From: an uncultured Candidatus Rokubacteria bacterium
Lineage (GTDB): Bacteria > Methylomirabilota > Methylomirabilia > Rokubacteriales > DASRDR01
Direction: 5' to 3'
Assembly: GCA_963805625.1 (NCBI GenBank)
Contig: CAWDVE010000016.1
Coordinates: 352,001 to 416,000, forward strand
DNA length: 64,000 nucleotides
The first letter of the stretch is position 1. Every line of letters begins with the position of its first letter. Below are positions 46,932-57,467 of this stretch, piece after piece. The notes under the pieces are model-generated. The model ran no database searches and had not been told where the DNA came from. It worked only from the letters and a program-made list of their open reading frames with translations. A program made the position numbers and the translations under genes.

Positions 46932-47954
46932 TCAGCCCCGGTTGAGCCCTGGATCGAAGCCAAAGTTCACCTTCAGATACTGCCCAGGAAACTCCCGGGG
47001 CAGAGGCGGGAAGGGCAGGGATTCGACGACCGCGCGCAGTGCGGACTGGTCGTAGAGCTCGTTCCCCGAGCTTTGCTTGATCTTCGGCTCGCCTCGAAGC
47101 TGGCCCTCCCGGTCGATCTCGAAGTAGACCACCGCCGAGACTTGCTCGGATGCGACGAGGACCGGGCGCCGCCATCGCTCGGACACCTTCGCATGCAGCT
47201 GGCGGAGGTAGTACGTGAAGGGGAAGTCGCTGGCGTCTACCGAGAGATTGCTCCCGGAGACGGAGGGAGCGTTGGGCCGGCCTGTCCGCATCGGTTCCAC
47301 TGCCGCCCGGCTCGGAGCCGGAGTCGCCGGCGGTGAGGCCGGGGCCGTGGGAGCCGCGGGCGGCGCCGCGATCCGCGGGGGCTCGGGCAGCTGCGGCGGG
47401 GAGGTCGGGAGCACGGGCGCCGCGGCCGGCGGGGTCACGGCCGGCGGCGGCGGCAGGCTTCGCTCGATCACCCGGGGGGGCGGCGGCAGAAGGGCGGGGT
47501 TCTCCTTCTCGGCGCGCCGGGGCAGGGCGAGCTCCGAGGGCTCGAGTGTCTTCGGCCGGGCGGCGGCGACTTCAGGCGCGCGCGGCGGCGGCGGCTCGAC
47601 GACCCGCTCCGGGGGCCGTTCCGGCCGGGGCGGCTCGGGGCGCGCCGCCTTCGGCGGAGCCTTCTCCTCGGCCTTGGGCGCGGGCGGGGTGGGTCGTGGC
47701 GACTCCGGCGCCCGCACGGTCCGCGCCGGCGGATCGGCCGCGGGGCTCCCGAGCGCGGGGGTGGCCGGGACGAGGTTGACGATGTAGACCTTCGACTGGT
47801 CCATGCGGGAGCCGAGGAATGCGGAGAGGGCCAGAGCGGCTCCGAAGCACGCCATGTGTGCGAGGAAGGACACGGCCAGAAACCCGTAGGGCGGCGGGTC
47901 TTCGGGGAAGGTGATGAAGCGGCGAGGAACCCGGTAGACGACCGGCGCAGCCAT
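46932..47954 (-). CDS. tolA: TolA/TonB-family energy transducer
   Basis: SxxxH TM segment, Pro-rich linker, SSGNELYDQSALRAV C-terminal domain. Confidence 0.85.
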   Translation of the reverse strand: MAAPVVYRVPRRFITFPEDPPPYGFLAVSFLAHMACFGAALALSAFLGSRMDQSKVYIVNLVPATPALGSPAADPPARTVRAPESPRPTPPAPKAEEKAPPKAARPEPPRPERPPERVVEPPPPRAPEVAAARPKTLEPSELALPRRAEKENPALLPPPPRVIERSLPPPPAVTPPAAAPVLPTSPPQLPEPPRIAAPPAAPTAPASPPATPAPSRAAVEPMRTGRPNAPSVSGSNLSVDASDFPFTYYLRQLHAKVSERWRRPVLVASEQVSAVVYFEIDREGQLRGEPKIKQSSGNELYDQSALRAVVESLPFPPLPREFPGQYLKVNFGFDPGLNRG

Positions 47955-47957
47955 CGC

Positions 47958-48389
47958 CTACTCCCGCCTCGGCAGGGGCTCGGTGACCATTCCGACCCGC
48001 TCGACCCCGGCCCGGCGGACCCGGTCCATGGTCTCCACGACGTGCCCGTAGGCGAGGTCCTTGTCGGCCTTGATGAAGAGCGTCCGGTCCGTCCGGTCCC
48101 GCAGGAGATCCCGCAGGCGGGTCTCCAGGTTGGCGAGAGGGAGCGGGCGCTCGTTGAGATAGAGGAGGCGGTCCTTGGTGATGGTCAGCACCAGGCGCTC
48201 CTCGACCGCCGTGGGCTTCCCCCCGCTCCGCGGGAGGTTCACGTCGATGCCGCGGTACATCATGGGCGCCGTCAGCATGAAGATGAGCAGCAGCACGAGG
48301 ACAACGTCGACGAGAGGAATGACGTTGATCTCGGCCAGTGTGCTGCGGGTGCCGGCACCCTCCGCGCCGGCGTCGGCCTTGATCGCCAT
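47958..48389 (-). CDS. tolR: TolR/ExbD
   Basis: EINVIPLVDVVLVLLLIFML, IKADK. Confidence 0.93.
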   Translation of the reverse strand: MAIKADAGAEGAGTRSTLAEINVIPLVDVVLVLLLIFMLTAPMMYRGIDVNLPRSGGKPTAVEERLVLTITKDRLLYLNERPLPLANLETRLRDLLRDRTDRTLFIKADKDLAYGHVVETMDRVRRAGVERVGMVTEPLPRRE

Positions 48390-48390
48390 C

Positions 48391-49149
48391 CTAGAAGGGC
48401 TTCGTGCTCCGTACGAGCCGGCGCTCGATTAGGTTGGCCAGCTCGAGCGCGAAGTTGTCCATCTCGGTTGTCCAGTGGCGCACCCGCCCGACGAAGTAGT
48501 TGTACCCGACGACGGCCGGGATCGCAGCGGCCAGTCCGGCCGCGGTGGCGACCAGCGCGCCCGAGATGCCCGGCGCGACCACGGCCAGGCTCGCCGATCC
48601 CTGCGTGCCGATCGCCTGGAAGGAGTTCATGATGCCGATGACCGTGCCGAGGAGACCGATGAAGGGGCCGGAGCTGGCGGTCGTCGCCAGGAACGCGAGA
48701 TAGCGCTCCATCCGCTCGATCTCGCTCGCGTGCACGCGCCGCGTCGCACGCTGGACCGATTCGAGACGATCCGGCGAGATGCCCTCCTCGGCCGGCTCCG
48801 GGGGACCATCCATCACGTCTGGCGGCGGCGCGCCGCTTGCCGAGAGCTCCTGGTACGCCGCGAGGTAGACACGGCCGAGCGGGCTCTGGCGGAGCCGCTT
48901 GGCACCCGAAGCCACCAGCGAGAACCGGCGCGACTCGCGGTACGTCTTGAGGAAGCGCGCGCTCTCGCTGCTGACCATGCGGAACTGGAGCGCCTTGTGC
49001 AGGATGATCGCCCATGAGATCACCGACATCGCGAGGAGGACGACCAGAACGACCTTCTCGAGAGGACCGACATCGGCGATGATCTCGCCGAAACTACCGA
49101 GACTGGAAAGCCCGAGCACGACGCTCAGACCCTCGAATCCGTCCAGCAC
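48391..49149 (-). CDS. tolQ: TolQ/ExbB proton channel
   Basis: PFIGLLGTV, VAPGISGALVATAAGL..AIPA. Confidence 0.93.
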   Translation of the reverse strand: MLDGFEGLSVVLGLSSLGSFGEIIADVGPLEKVVLVVLLAMSVISWAIILHKALQFRMVSSESARFLKTYRESRRFSLVASGAKRLRQSPLGRVYLAAYQELSASGAPPPDVMDGPPEPAEEGISPDRLESVQRATRRVHASEIERMERYLAFLATTASSGPFIGLLGTVIGIMNSFQAIGTQGSASLAVVAPGISGALVATAAGLAAAIPAVVGYNYFVGRVRHWTTEMDNFALELANLIERRLVRSTKPF

Positions 49150-49185
49150 GCTCTGAGCAATAAGACCTCCTGCAACGTTTCCGCC

Positions 49186-49215
49186 ATCATACCCAGCGGC
49201 TCAGAAGAGTGTCAA
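49186..49215 (-). promoter_or_regulatory. Sigma70-type promoter of the tol-pal operon
   Basis: Minus-strand TTGACA-18 nt-TATGAT upstream of tolQ. Confidence 0.6.
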
Positions 49216-49301
49216 ACAAATTTCCGATTTTGCGAGTGCTTCCGACGCGCGCGACGGCTTTTCGTTTGACACCCCGGAGCGCCGTGGGGTAATAGGAAGC
49301 C

Positions 49302-50117
49302 GTGTTCCGGTCGCCCGGGCCCATTGCCCTCGCGTTTCGCCTTCCGGCCGACCTCCCGCTGGTGGGCGGACTGTCCGTGTCGATCCGGTGGTACGGCGTG
49401 CTCATCGCGTCGTCGATGGCATTCGGACTCTGGCTCTCCGCCCGTGAGGCTGCTCGTCGTGGCGAGTCTCCCGACGACCTTCTCAAGGCGGCGGAGATCG
49501 CCCTGATCGGCGGCCTGATCGGCGCCCGGCTGTACTACGTCCTCTTCAACCTCGACTACTACCAGACGCAGCCGTGGTGGCGGATGTTCGCGGTCTGGGA
49601 GGGTGGCCTGGCGATCCACGGGGGCCTCATCGCGGGGTTGCTCACGGGCGGTGCCTACGTCTGGGCCAAGGGGCTGCCGCTTCTCGCGTATCTGGACATC
49701 GTGGCGCCGTCCCTCCTGCTCGCGCAGGCGATCGGCCGGTGGGGCAACTTCTTCAACGAGGAGGCGTTCGGGAGGCCGACCGACCTGCCGTGGAAGCTCT
49801 ACATCTCGGAGCCGCGCCGGCCGCCAGCCTTCGTGGATCACCAGTACTTCCATCCCACCTTCCTCTACGAGTCGCTCTGGAACGCCGCGACCTTCCTCCT
49901 CCTGTACTTCGTCCTCCGGCGACGGTTCGAGCGGGCGCCGGGCGCCCTGTTTCTCGCGTACCTCGGGTTCTACTCGCTCGGACGCTTCTGGGTCGAGGGG
50001 CTCCGGACCGACAGCCTCATGCTCGGCTCGTTCCGGGTCGCGCAGCTCGTGAGCGTCGCGGCGGTCATCGTGGCTGCCGTCGGCATCCCGATCCTGCTGC
50101 GCCGCCGTCGGACCTGA
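49302..50117 (+). CDS. lgt: Prolipoprotein diacylglyceryl transferase
   Basis: IRWYG, GGLAIHGG, GRWGNFFNEE, HPTFLYES. Confidence 0.96.
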   Translation: MFRSPGPIALAFRLPADLPLVGGLSVSIRWYGVLIASSMAFGLWLSAREAARRGESPDDLLKAAEIALIGGLIGARLYYVLFNLDYYQTQPWWRMFAVWEGGLAIHGGLIAGLLTGGAYVWAKGLPLLAYLDIVAPSLLLAQAIGRWGNFFNEEAFGRPTDLPWKLYISEPRRPPAFVDHQYFHPTFLYESLWNAATFLLLYFVLRRRFERAPGALFLAYLGFYSLGRFWVEGLRTDSLMLGSFRVAQLVSVAAVIVAAVGIPILLRRRRT

Positions 50118-50315
50118 GGGCTGCCCGGGGCGGCCACGCGCCATGGGACCGAGCCGACCGGCCCAGGCTTCCCGGCGGAGGCGGGTGGGCGCGCGGCGCG
50201 GCCCCGCTCGCCGCGTCAGGGCTGCGTCTGGCCGGCCCGCCGCGGGCCTCTCGTTTGCCTGCCTGGGCGACCGGCCCTGCTACCCGTCCACTGCCGGGTC
50301 GAGCACGTCGGCCTG

Positions 50316-50795
50316 GTGGAGCGGCTCCTCGGGCTGTTCGGACTCGCGGACGAGGGGCTGGAGGTGCCGGTCGTGCCCGTCGTGCCCGTCGAGCCGCAGG
50401 AGGGCCTGCGCGTGCTCGCGACGGCGGATCTCGTGATGACGGCGTCGCCGAACCTGCACGGGAGCATGCCCAACCTGGCGGTTCGCCTGGACGCGGGGGG
50501 GCGGAGCCTCGTCGACTCGTCGGACACCCGGCCGTGTGCCGAGGTCGAGGCGCTATCCCAGAACGCCACGGCGCTGGTCCACGAGGCGACGTTCGCCCGG
50601 CCCAATCCTGCTGAGTGGCCTTCGACCGCGCGGGAGGCGGGTGCGGTCGCCCGCGCTGCCGGGGTCGGCCGGCTGTACCTGGCCCACGTCGGCTACACGG
50701 TCCACGGGACGCTCCGGGATCACGTGGCCGCCGCTCGCGCGGGTTTCGGGGGGACGGTGAGCATGGCGGAGGAGCTCCGCTGGTATCGGGTCTAG
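50316..50795 (+). pseudogene. C-terminal half of an RNase Z / metallo-beta-lactamase fold gene, apparently degenerate
   Basis: SSDT, LVHEATF, LYLAH motifs retained; N-terminal HxHxDH absent; expected HST reads PST. Confidence 0.6.
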
Positions 50796-50959
50796 GGCTT
50801 CTCGGCCGGCTGGGCCGGATTGGGCGGTTCGGCCAGCTCAGGGGGCGGCCGGCGCCCGAGGCGGTCCCAGCGCGCCGCGGCCACGTCGACGCCGGCGCGG
50901 CGCGCCTGTCAGCCCTCGTCGGCCGGCTCGGCATCGGCTTCCTGGCCGCCGCGGGGTGC

Positions 50960-51790
50960 ATGATCCTCACGCTCGACCGCCGCGCGGGCGCCGACGTCAC
51001 GCTGGCGCTCATCCATATGACGATCGTCGCCATCACCAGCTGGCGCTTCCGTCCGGCCGGTCGCTGGGCGACCGTCGGTCTCGCCACCGCCGGCTGGAGT
51101 GCCACGCAGCTGATGGCGGCGGGCACGGCCGTCACCGACACGCCGACGGAGGCGCTGGCCTGGCACGTGGGGCTGCGGCTGGCGGCGCTCGCGAGCGTGG
51201 CCGCGACCGTGGGCGCCGGGCGCGCCGCCGTCCGGCGGCTCCTCCGGACGGAAGATGCGCTCGCGCTCTCCCTCCTCCGCGAGCGCGACTCGGCCCGTCG
51301 CGATCGGCTGACGCGGCTCTGGAACTCCCGCTACCTCCATGAGGCGCTCGAGCGCGAGATCTACCGCTGCCGGCGCTATGGGCGCCCGTTCGGCCTTCTG
51401 GTGGTCGACCTCGACGGGTTCAAGGCCGTGAACGACACGGCCGGCCACGAGGCCGGCGACCGCGTGCTCCAGGCGGTCGGGCGCGTGATCCGCGAGAACT
51501 GCCGGACGACTGACATCCCCGCGCGCCTCGGGGGTGACGAGTTCGCGGTCATCCTGGCCGAGGCCTCGCGTCTCACGGTGCCGCGCTATGCGCTAAAGCT
51601 CGTGGACCTCATCGCGCGCCTGCCGTTCCCACCGGAGCTCCCGCGGGTCACCGCGAGCGTCGGCGCGGTCGCGTTCGAGCGCGCCCCGGAGTCGGTGGAG
51701 GCCGCGCTCGGCGCGGCCGACGAGGCGATGTACGCGGCCAAGCGTGAGGGGAAGAACCGCGTGGTGGTTCACGAGGCGGGGGGGCCATGA
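50960..51790 (+). CDS. Membrane diguanylate cyclase (GGDEF); start uncertain, may be further upstream
   Basis: DRLTRLWN, DLDGFKAVND, RTTD I-site, GGDEF. Confidence 0.88.
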   Translation: MILTLDRRAGADVTLALIHMTIVAITSWRFRPAGRWATVGLATAGWSATQLMAAGTAVTDTPTEALAWHVGLRLAALASVAATVGAGRAAVRRLLRTEDALALSLLRERDSARRDRLTRLWNSRYLHEALEREIYRCRRYGRPFGLLVVDLDGFKAVNDTAGHEAGDRVLQAVGRVIRENCRTTDIPARLGGDEFAVILAEASRLTVPRYALKLVDLIARLPFPPELPRVTASVGAVAFERAPESVEAALGAADEAMYAAKREGKNRVVVHEAGGP

Positions 51791-52488
51791 ACTTCGTCCT
51801 GGACATCGAGACGATTCCCCGGGACCTCCGGGCGGAGCCCCGCAAGATCCAGGAGTACGTCTGGGAACGGGTCGTCCGGCGGGCGGACCCGGAGGGCGGC
51901 GGGCCTGGTCTGGACGAGTTCCTGGCGGGGATGGAGGCCGAGACGTTCGCCGGCCTTCGGCGCGAACTCGAGCGCTACATGGCGCTCCGCCCGGAGTTCG
52001 GCCACGTGATCTGCATCGGTATGGGCCACGATGGGCGGGGACGCGGCGAGCTCGAGACGAAGGCGCTGACGGCGCGGGCCATCGAGGACGAGCGGCGCAT
52101 CCTCGAGGCGTTCTGGGAGGTGGTCCGGAGCGCCCGCGACTGGCGGTTCGTCACCTACAACGGCCTCGCCTTCGATCTGCCGTATCTCATCCGCCGCTCC
52201 ATCTATGTGGGCGTGCCGCCAAGCTCGGGCCTTCCCCTCCGGCCCTACGCCCCGGACAGCCACTTCGACGTGATGCGCATCCTTTCGAACTGGGAGCGGG
52301 CGGACACCGTGCGGCTCGACGTCGTCGCCGAGCTGCTGGGGCTCCAGAAGTGGCCGCCCGGCATGGAGGGCTCCCAGGTGCTCGGGCTCTGGCGCGCGGG
52401 GCGGGTCGACGACATCGAGGCCTACTGCCTGGGAGACGTCCGGCTGGCGTACGACGTCTTTCTCCGCGTCGAGCCCTACTTCCGGTAG
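51787..52488 (+). CDS. PolB-like DEDD 3'-5' exonuclease
   Basis: LDIET, YNGLAFDLPY, YCLGDV (ExoI-III). Confidence 0.85.
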   Translation: MNFVLDIETIPRDLRAEPRKIQEYVWERVVRRADPEGGGPGLDEFLAGMEAETFAGLRRELERYMALRPEFGHVICIGMGHDGRGRGELETKALTARAIEDERRILEAFWEVVRSARDWRFVTYNGLAFDLPYLIRRSIYVGVPPSSGLPLRPYAPDSHFDVMRILSNWERADTVRLDVVAELLGLQKWPPGMEGSQVLGLWRAGRVDDIEAYCLGDVRLAYDVFLRVEPYFR

Positions 52489-52528
52489 CGGCGGGGCGGG
52501 GCGCGGCCGCGTTTCCCGCAGCCCGAGG

Positions 52529-53800
52529 TCAGGGAGCGGCGAGGCGCTCCCTGACGAGCGCGACGAGGCGATCGTACGTCAACGCCTCGCCGGCCCGGGA
52601 TTCGACCCGGGCCTCGCTCTTGAGGCCAGTCTCGGTGATCACGCAGCAGATCGTGCTCGCCGGGTCGAGGGCGCCCTCGGCCAGGAGCCGGCGCATGGCC
52701 GCGAGCGTCGCGACCCCGGTCGGCCCGGCGTAGAGCCCCTCGGTGCGGGCCAGGAGACGCTGCGCGTCCAGGACGGCTTCGTCCCCGACGTCGGTCGCGA
52801 GACCCTGGCCGTCCCGGAGCAGGCGCAGCACCCACGCGCCCTTCGCGCCGGGGTCGCCGACCGCGAGCCCCTCGGCGACGGTGTAGGCGAGGGGGACCGG
52901 CCGGAGATCCGTGCCCGCCCGCCACGCCGTTGCGACGGGGTTCGCCCTGGCCGACTGCGCGGCCACCAGGAGCGGAGGCTCCCGGATCCAACCGAGCGTG
53001 CGCATCTCGTTGAACGCGCGCCAGCCGGAGATGAACGCCTCCCCGACGGCCACCGGGTAGACGACGACGTCCGGCAGCCGGTACCCGCAGTCCTCCGCGA
53101 TCTCCCACGCGAGCGTCTTCTTTCCTTCCTGCTTGAAGGCGTTCCGCGAGGCGCCGCCGTCGAAGACCGGCTGCTCCTCGATCATCCGATCCCAGATTTG
53201 GATGAGGTCGTCGTAGAAGCCCTGATAGAGGACGAGGTCGGAGGCCACCAGGCTCATGTGGGCGAGCTTCGGGGCCGAGGCCTGCTCGTAGCAGAAGATG
53301 AGCGCCCGCAAGCCGGCCCGGGTTGCATAGCCCGCGAGCGAGGACCCCGCGTTCCCGGTCGACACCACGGAGATGGCGCGATATCCGAACTGGAGTGCTG
53401 CGGCGACGGCCGTGGCCGACGAGCGGTCCTTGATGGTGCCCGTCGGATTGGTCCCCTCGAACTTGAGGAGGAGTCGCCGCACGCCGAGGACGCGGGCCAG
53501 GGTGGGGGCATCGAGGAGCGGTGTACTTCCCTCGCCGAGCGAGACGAAGTGCGCCGGGTCGCGGATGGGAAGGACCGGGTGGTATCGCCACACGCCTCGC
53601 CCGGCGAAGGCCGCGCCCGGGCCCGCGCGACGCAACGGCTCGAGGTCATAGACGGGCTCGAGGAGGCCCCCGCACCCGGGGCACGCGAGGCGATACTCGA
53701 GCGGTAGCTCGCCCCGGCAGTCGATGCACCGGAGGCCCAGCGCGCACGAGCCAGGCCCGCTCACGTGGCCAAACCTATGGCGCACCCCGGGACGTGTCAA
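52529..53800 (-). CDS. Threonine synthase-like PLP-dependent enzyme (second paralogue)
   Basis: N-terminal CxxC..CxxC, SLGEGSTPL, NPTGTIKDR, STGNAG, ITETGLK. Confidence 0.85.
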   Translation of the reverse strand: MTRPGVRHRFGHVSGPGSCALGLRCIDCRGELPLEYRLACPGCGGLLEPVYDLEPLRRAGPGAAFAGRGVWRYHPVLPIRDPAHFVSLGEGSTPLLDAPTLARVLGVRRLLLKFEGTNPTGTIKDRSSATAVAAALQFGYRAISVVSTGNAGSSLAGYATRAGLRALIFCYEQASAPKLAHMSLVASDLVLYQGFYDDLIQIWDRMIEEQPVFDGGASRNAFKQEGKKTLAWEIAEDCGYRLPDVVVYPVAVGEAFISGWRAFNEMRTLGWIREPPLLVAAQSARANPVATAWRAGTDLRPVPLAYTVAEGLAVGDPGAKGAWVLRLLRDGQGLATDVGDEAVLDAQRLLARTEGLYAGPTGVATLAAMRRLLAEGALDPASTICCVITETGLKSEARVESRAGEALTYDRLVALVRERLAAP

Positions 53801-53821
53801 CGCCCGGGCCGACTGAGCCCG

Positions 53822-54721
53822 TCAGGCCCGGTGCGCGAGGGCCACGCCGCCCAGGACGGCGACCGCGCCCAGGGCGAGGGACGGGGTGAGTGTCTCCTGG
53901 CCGGCCAGGACCGCGATCGTGGTGGCAATCAGGGGGATGAGGAACGAGAACGCCACGACGCGGGCGGTGGCGGCGCGAGCGAGCGCCATGTACCAGAGGA
54001 GGTTCGCCAGGGCGATCGTTCCGGCGGAGAGGTACGCGAGGAGCAGCCACTGACCGGAGGTGAGCAGAGCCCAGCGCACGTCGCGGAGCCCCGGCCCGCC
54101 GAACGGCAGAAGCGCGATCACGCCGACGAGGGTGGCCCAGGTCGTGACAGCCAGCGGCGTGGCCCGTGCGAGCAGTCGCTTCCCGACCACGGTGTAGAGG
54201 GCCCAGGACAGGCTCGCGCCGAGGCTCAGCAGGTCCCCCAGCGCGGAGGCCGCCCCGTGGCTGCCGCGCAGCACGATCAGCGCGACCCCGAGGAAGCCGA
54301 GCGCGATGCCGCTCGTGCGGCGCGCTCCGACCGGCTCCCCGTACAGCAGGCGGGCCAGGAGCGCCGCCAGCACCGGGCTCAGCGCGACCAGGATCGCCGC
54401 ATGCCCGGGCGAGGTGCGATGGACCCCCATGATGAGGAGGCTGTGGAAGAGCGTGTTGCCGAACAGGCCCAGCAGCACGACGACGCCCCAGTCGCGGGGC
54501 CGAAGGGTGGAGCGGAGCGCGCCGGTGGCCAGGCCCACCGCGACCAGGATGACGGCCGCCACCCCGCAGCGGAAGGTGGCGAACGCGATCGGCGGGAAGA
54601 ACGGCTGCGTCGCCTTGATCGCGGAGTAGCTCCCGCCCCAGATCAGGACGACGAAGAGGAGGATCGGGACGACGGCGGCGTCGGCCGGCCGGCGTCCCGC
54701 GGCCCGGCCCGGGTCCGTCAG
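53822..54721 (-). CDS. EamA/DMT family transporter (in frame with the upstream lipoprotein in this sequence)
   Basis: LIWGGSY, two EamA repeats, WALYTV. Confidence 0.85.
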   Translation of the reverse strand: MTDPGRAAGRRPADAAVVPILLFVVLIWGGSYSAIKATQPFFPPIAFATFRCGVAAVILVAVGLATGALRSTLRPRDWGVVVLLGLFGNTLFHSLLIMGVHRTSPGHAAILVALSPVLAALLARLLYGEPVGARRTSGIALGFLGVALIVLRGSHGAASALGDLLSLGASLSWALYTVVGKRLLARATPLAVTTWATLVGVIALLPFGGPGLRDVRWALLTSGQWLLLAYLSAGTIALANLLWYMALARAATARVVAFSFLIPLIATTIAVLAGQETLTPSLALGAVAVLGGVALAHRA

Positions 54722-55060
54722 CGGGTCTTCATGTCCTCCGGGAAAGTTGGAGGAGAAGGAATAGGACTTGACGATGCCCTGGGCATTGAACGTGACCTCG
54801 AGCTGCTTCGAGAGGTCACCTTCCTTACCCGAGCCCTTCTTCCAGAAGTACCAGGTCCAGGTCTGGTCTCCGTCCTTCATGCCCACCTGGGTCGGATCGC
54901 CGTACATCTTCAGGAGATCGGCCTTCGTCGTGACGCCGTTCTTGATCTCCGCGCCCGGCTTGGGCGACGGGAAGTCGCGGCCCGTGCTGAACGCCGCGCA
55001 CGCAGCGAGCGAGACGGCGAACACGAGGACGGTCGTGAGCGCGGCCAGACGGTATCGCAT
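54718..55060 (-). CDS. SmpA/OmlA(BamE)-like small lipoprotein, apparent +1 frameshift near 54740
   Basis: LAAC lipobox, GVTTKADLLKMYGDP..WTWY motif; removing one G gives ...SNFPEDMKTR*. Confidence 0.7.
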
Positions 55061-55376
55061 CGCGGGCCTCCTGGTCTGAGTTTGAACGGCGCCCACTGTA
55101 GCCGAGCAGCGCGAGGGGTGTCAACGCGCACGCGCCGTCCACCGATCGGACCGCCGCCTTGACACCCCTCGGGGGCCCCCACTAGCGTGGACTTCTCCCC
55201 TGTACGGCCGCGGATCCTCCGACGGGGCGCGAGAACCGGCTGCCGTCGGGCAGCTCCCGGCCGGCTCGGGATGAGGTCCGCATGTGCGGACGCGGCGCTC
55301 CGAGGTATGAGACCGGGCGCGGGTCGAGGCCTCCCGGGGCCGCTCCCCGCGCCTACCAGATCGAGAGGAGACGACC

Positions 55377-56505
55377 ATGCAGAGTGGCTGGCTGGACCAG
55401 TTCTACCGTCGCGTTGCCGCCGCGCCCAGGGCGGAGCCCGAGACCACCGCGCCCCCAGAGGCGCCGAGCGACGTGTCCCGGCGGGCGTTCATCCAGAGCG
55501 GCCTGGCCACGGGCGTCACGGCCGGCATGGCGGCCGGCAGTCATGCTCGCCCAGACGCAGGTCGCGCAGGCGCAGGCGGCGGGCGACACGCCGATCGGGC
55601 CGAAGTGGTGGCCGTCGCGATGGGGCCCGCAGGACGAGGCCGGCGCGTCCAACTGGATCACGCCCGCCAAGGTGCTCGAGGCTGCGCGGCTCATCAAGAC
55701 CGGGAAGATCTACGAGCTCGGGCGCGTCTACGAGGCCGAAATGCCGCTCTTCGGAGCCCGCGTGTTCGCGCTCCGGATCCCCGGCACGCCGACCGGCGGG
55801 CCGTTCGGCAAGAACAAGCTCGTCTACCACGACGAGTTCGTCTGCGACGGAGATCGGCCAGGTCGGCACCCAGTTCGATGGACTCGGCCACATCGGCTGC
55901 ATCACCGGCAAGGACGGCGACATGACCGAGATGCGGTACTACAATGGCTTCACCGAGGCCGAGATGGCCAACGCCTACGGGCTCCAGAAGCTCGGCATCG
56001 AGAAGATGCAAGCCGTTCTTCACCCGCGGAGTCCTGGTCGATGTGGCGGGGCTCAAGGGGCGCATGCTCAACATGGGTGAGGAGATCAGGTCGCCGACGT
56101 CCAGGCCGCGCTCCAGCGCCAGGGCATCGCCGAGTCGAGCATCCAGCCGGGCGACGGGGTGTTCTTCAATACCGGGTGGAGCAGTCTCTGGATGAAGGAC
56201 AACGCCAAGTTCAACGAGGGCGAGCCCGGGATCGGGCTGGACGTCGCGCGCTGGTGCGCGGCCAAGCAGCTCGCCCTGGTCGGCGCGGACACCTGGGCGA
56301 CCGAGGTCGTGCCCAACCCGAATCCGGACCTCGCGTTCGTCGTGCACAACGAGCTGCTCACGAAGAACGGGATCTTCAACCACGAGAACCTGGACTTCAC
56401 CGACCTGATCAAGGACAAGGTCTCCGAGTTCGTCTACGTGTTCGCCCCGCTCCGCATCAAGGGCGCGAACGGGCTCGCCCGGGACGCCCGATCGCGATCG
56501 TGTAA
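55377..56505 (+). pseudogene. Tat-exported cyclase/kynurenine formamidase-family protein broken by about 5-6 frameshifts
   Basis: SRRAF Tat motif; segments WGPQDEAGASN, GTQFDGLGH, TRGVLVDV, FNTGW, EPGIG, VGADTW, ENL, PIAIV* fall in alternating frames. Confidence 0.8.
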
Positions 56506-56681
56506 CGTCGGACCAAGTGACGCCCGGTCAGCGGGCTCCGGATCGCGCGCGGCTCGATCGTCGGACCCGAGCTCTGATCCGCGAGACTGCCGGTCGCGCC
56601 GTCAGGGCGACGTTGCGGAACGGCTGGGATCACGGCATATCATCCGGTGTGACCACTCGCCCGTCCGCTCCCTCCTCGCTG

Positions 56682-57467
56682 ATGGGAGACGCTCCGCTGA
56701 GCTCCGGCGCACCGGCGGCCCGCGGCCCGGCCGCGGCGCGCGCCGAGGCCTGGGCGGGCGGGCGTGACGCGCTGACCACGGTCGTCCCGAGCATCGTGGC
56801 CTACGGGGTCGTGTGGGGCGGCCTCGCTCGCCAGGCGGGCCTGTCCCTGGGGGAGCTGGTGGCGATGTGCCTCCTCGTCACCGCCGGGACCGCGCAGTTC
56901 GTCGCGCTGCCCATGCTGCAATCCGGCGCGCCGGCGTGGCTCCTGGTGGTGACGACCTACATCGTCAACCTCCGCCACTACCTGATGGCCGCGAGCCTGG
57001 CGCCATACTTCGCGCACCTCTCGCGAGGGCGCCTGGCGCTTCTCGCCCACGGCATCACGGACGAGTCGTACGCCCTCACGACGGCGCGCTTCGCGCGGCA
57101 GCCGGCCCACCCGGCCTACTTTGCCGGCTCGGCGGCCGCGACCTACGTCGCCTGGTACCTGGGCGCTGCCGCCGGCGGCGTTCTCGGCGGCCGCATCCCC
57201 GACCCTCACCGGTACGGGCTCGACTTCGTGTTCCCGGCCGTGTTCATCGCGATCCTCGCGCGGACGATCCACGCACCGTGGCAATGGGCGGTGGCGGGGG
57301 TCGCGGCCCTCGTGGCGTTGGCCGTGAAGGGCGCGGTCGGGGGCACCTGGCACATCGCGGTGGCCGGTCTCGGCGCCTCCGCCCTCGGCATCTGGCTCGC
57401 GCCGCGCGCCGCCCTCGGGAGCGCGGCGCCGACCCCGGATCCCCGCCGCCGGACGGCGCCGCGATGA
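56682..57467 (+). CDS. azlC: AzlC-family branched-chain amino acid exporter permease
   Basis: AGTAQF, VNLRHYLM, ITDESYA, GLDFVFPAVFI. Confidence 0.9.
   Translation: MGDAPLSSGAPAARGPAAARAEAWAGGRDALTTVVPSIVAYGVVWGGLARQAGLSLGELVAMCLLVTAGTAQFVALPMLQSGAPAWLLVVTTYIVNLRHYLMAASLAPYFAHLSRGRLALLAHGITDESYALTTARFARQPAHPAYFAGSAAATYVAWYLGAAAGGVLGGRIPDPHRYGLDFVFPAVFIAILARTIHAPWQWAVAGVAALVALAVKGAVGGTWHIAVAGLGASALGIWLAPRAALGSAAPTPDPRRRTAPR

Noticed and set aside
47280-47760. Repetitive GC-rich DNA resembling a tandem repeat or CRISPR array
   Set aside because: It encodes the Pro-rich TolA linker; no regularly spaced identical repeats or cas genes were seen anywhere in the window.
53822-55096. Genuine novel lipoprotein-EamA fusion protein
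   Set aside because: Removing one G restores a clean stop, and neighbouring DNA has several similar indels.
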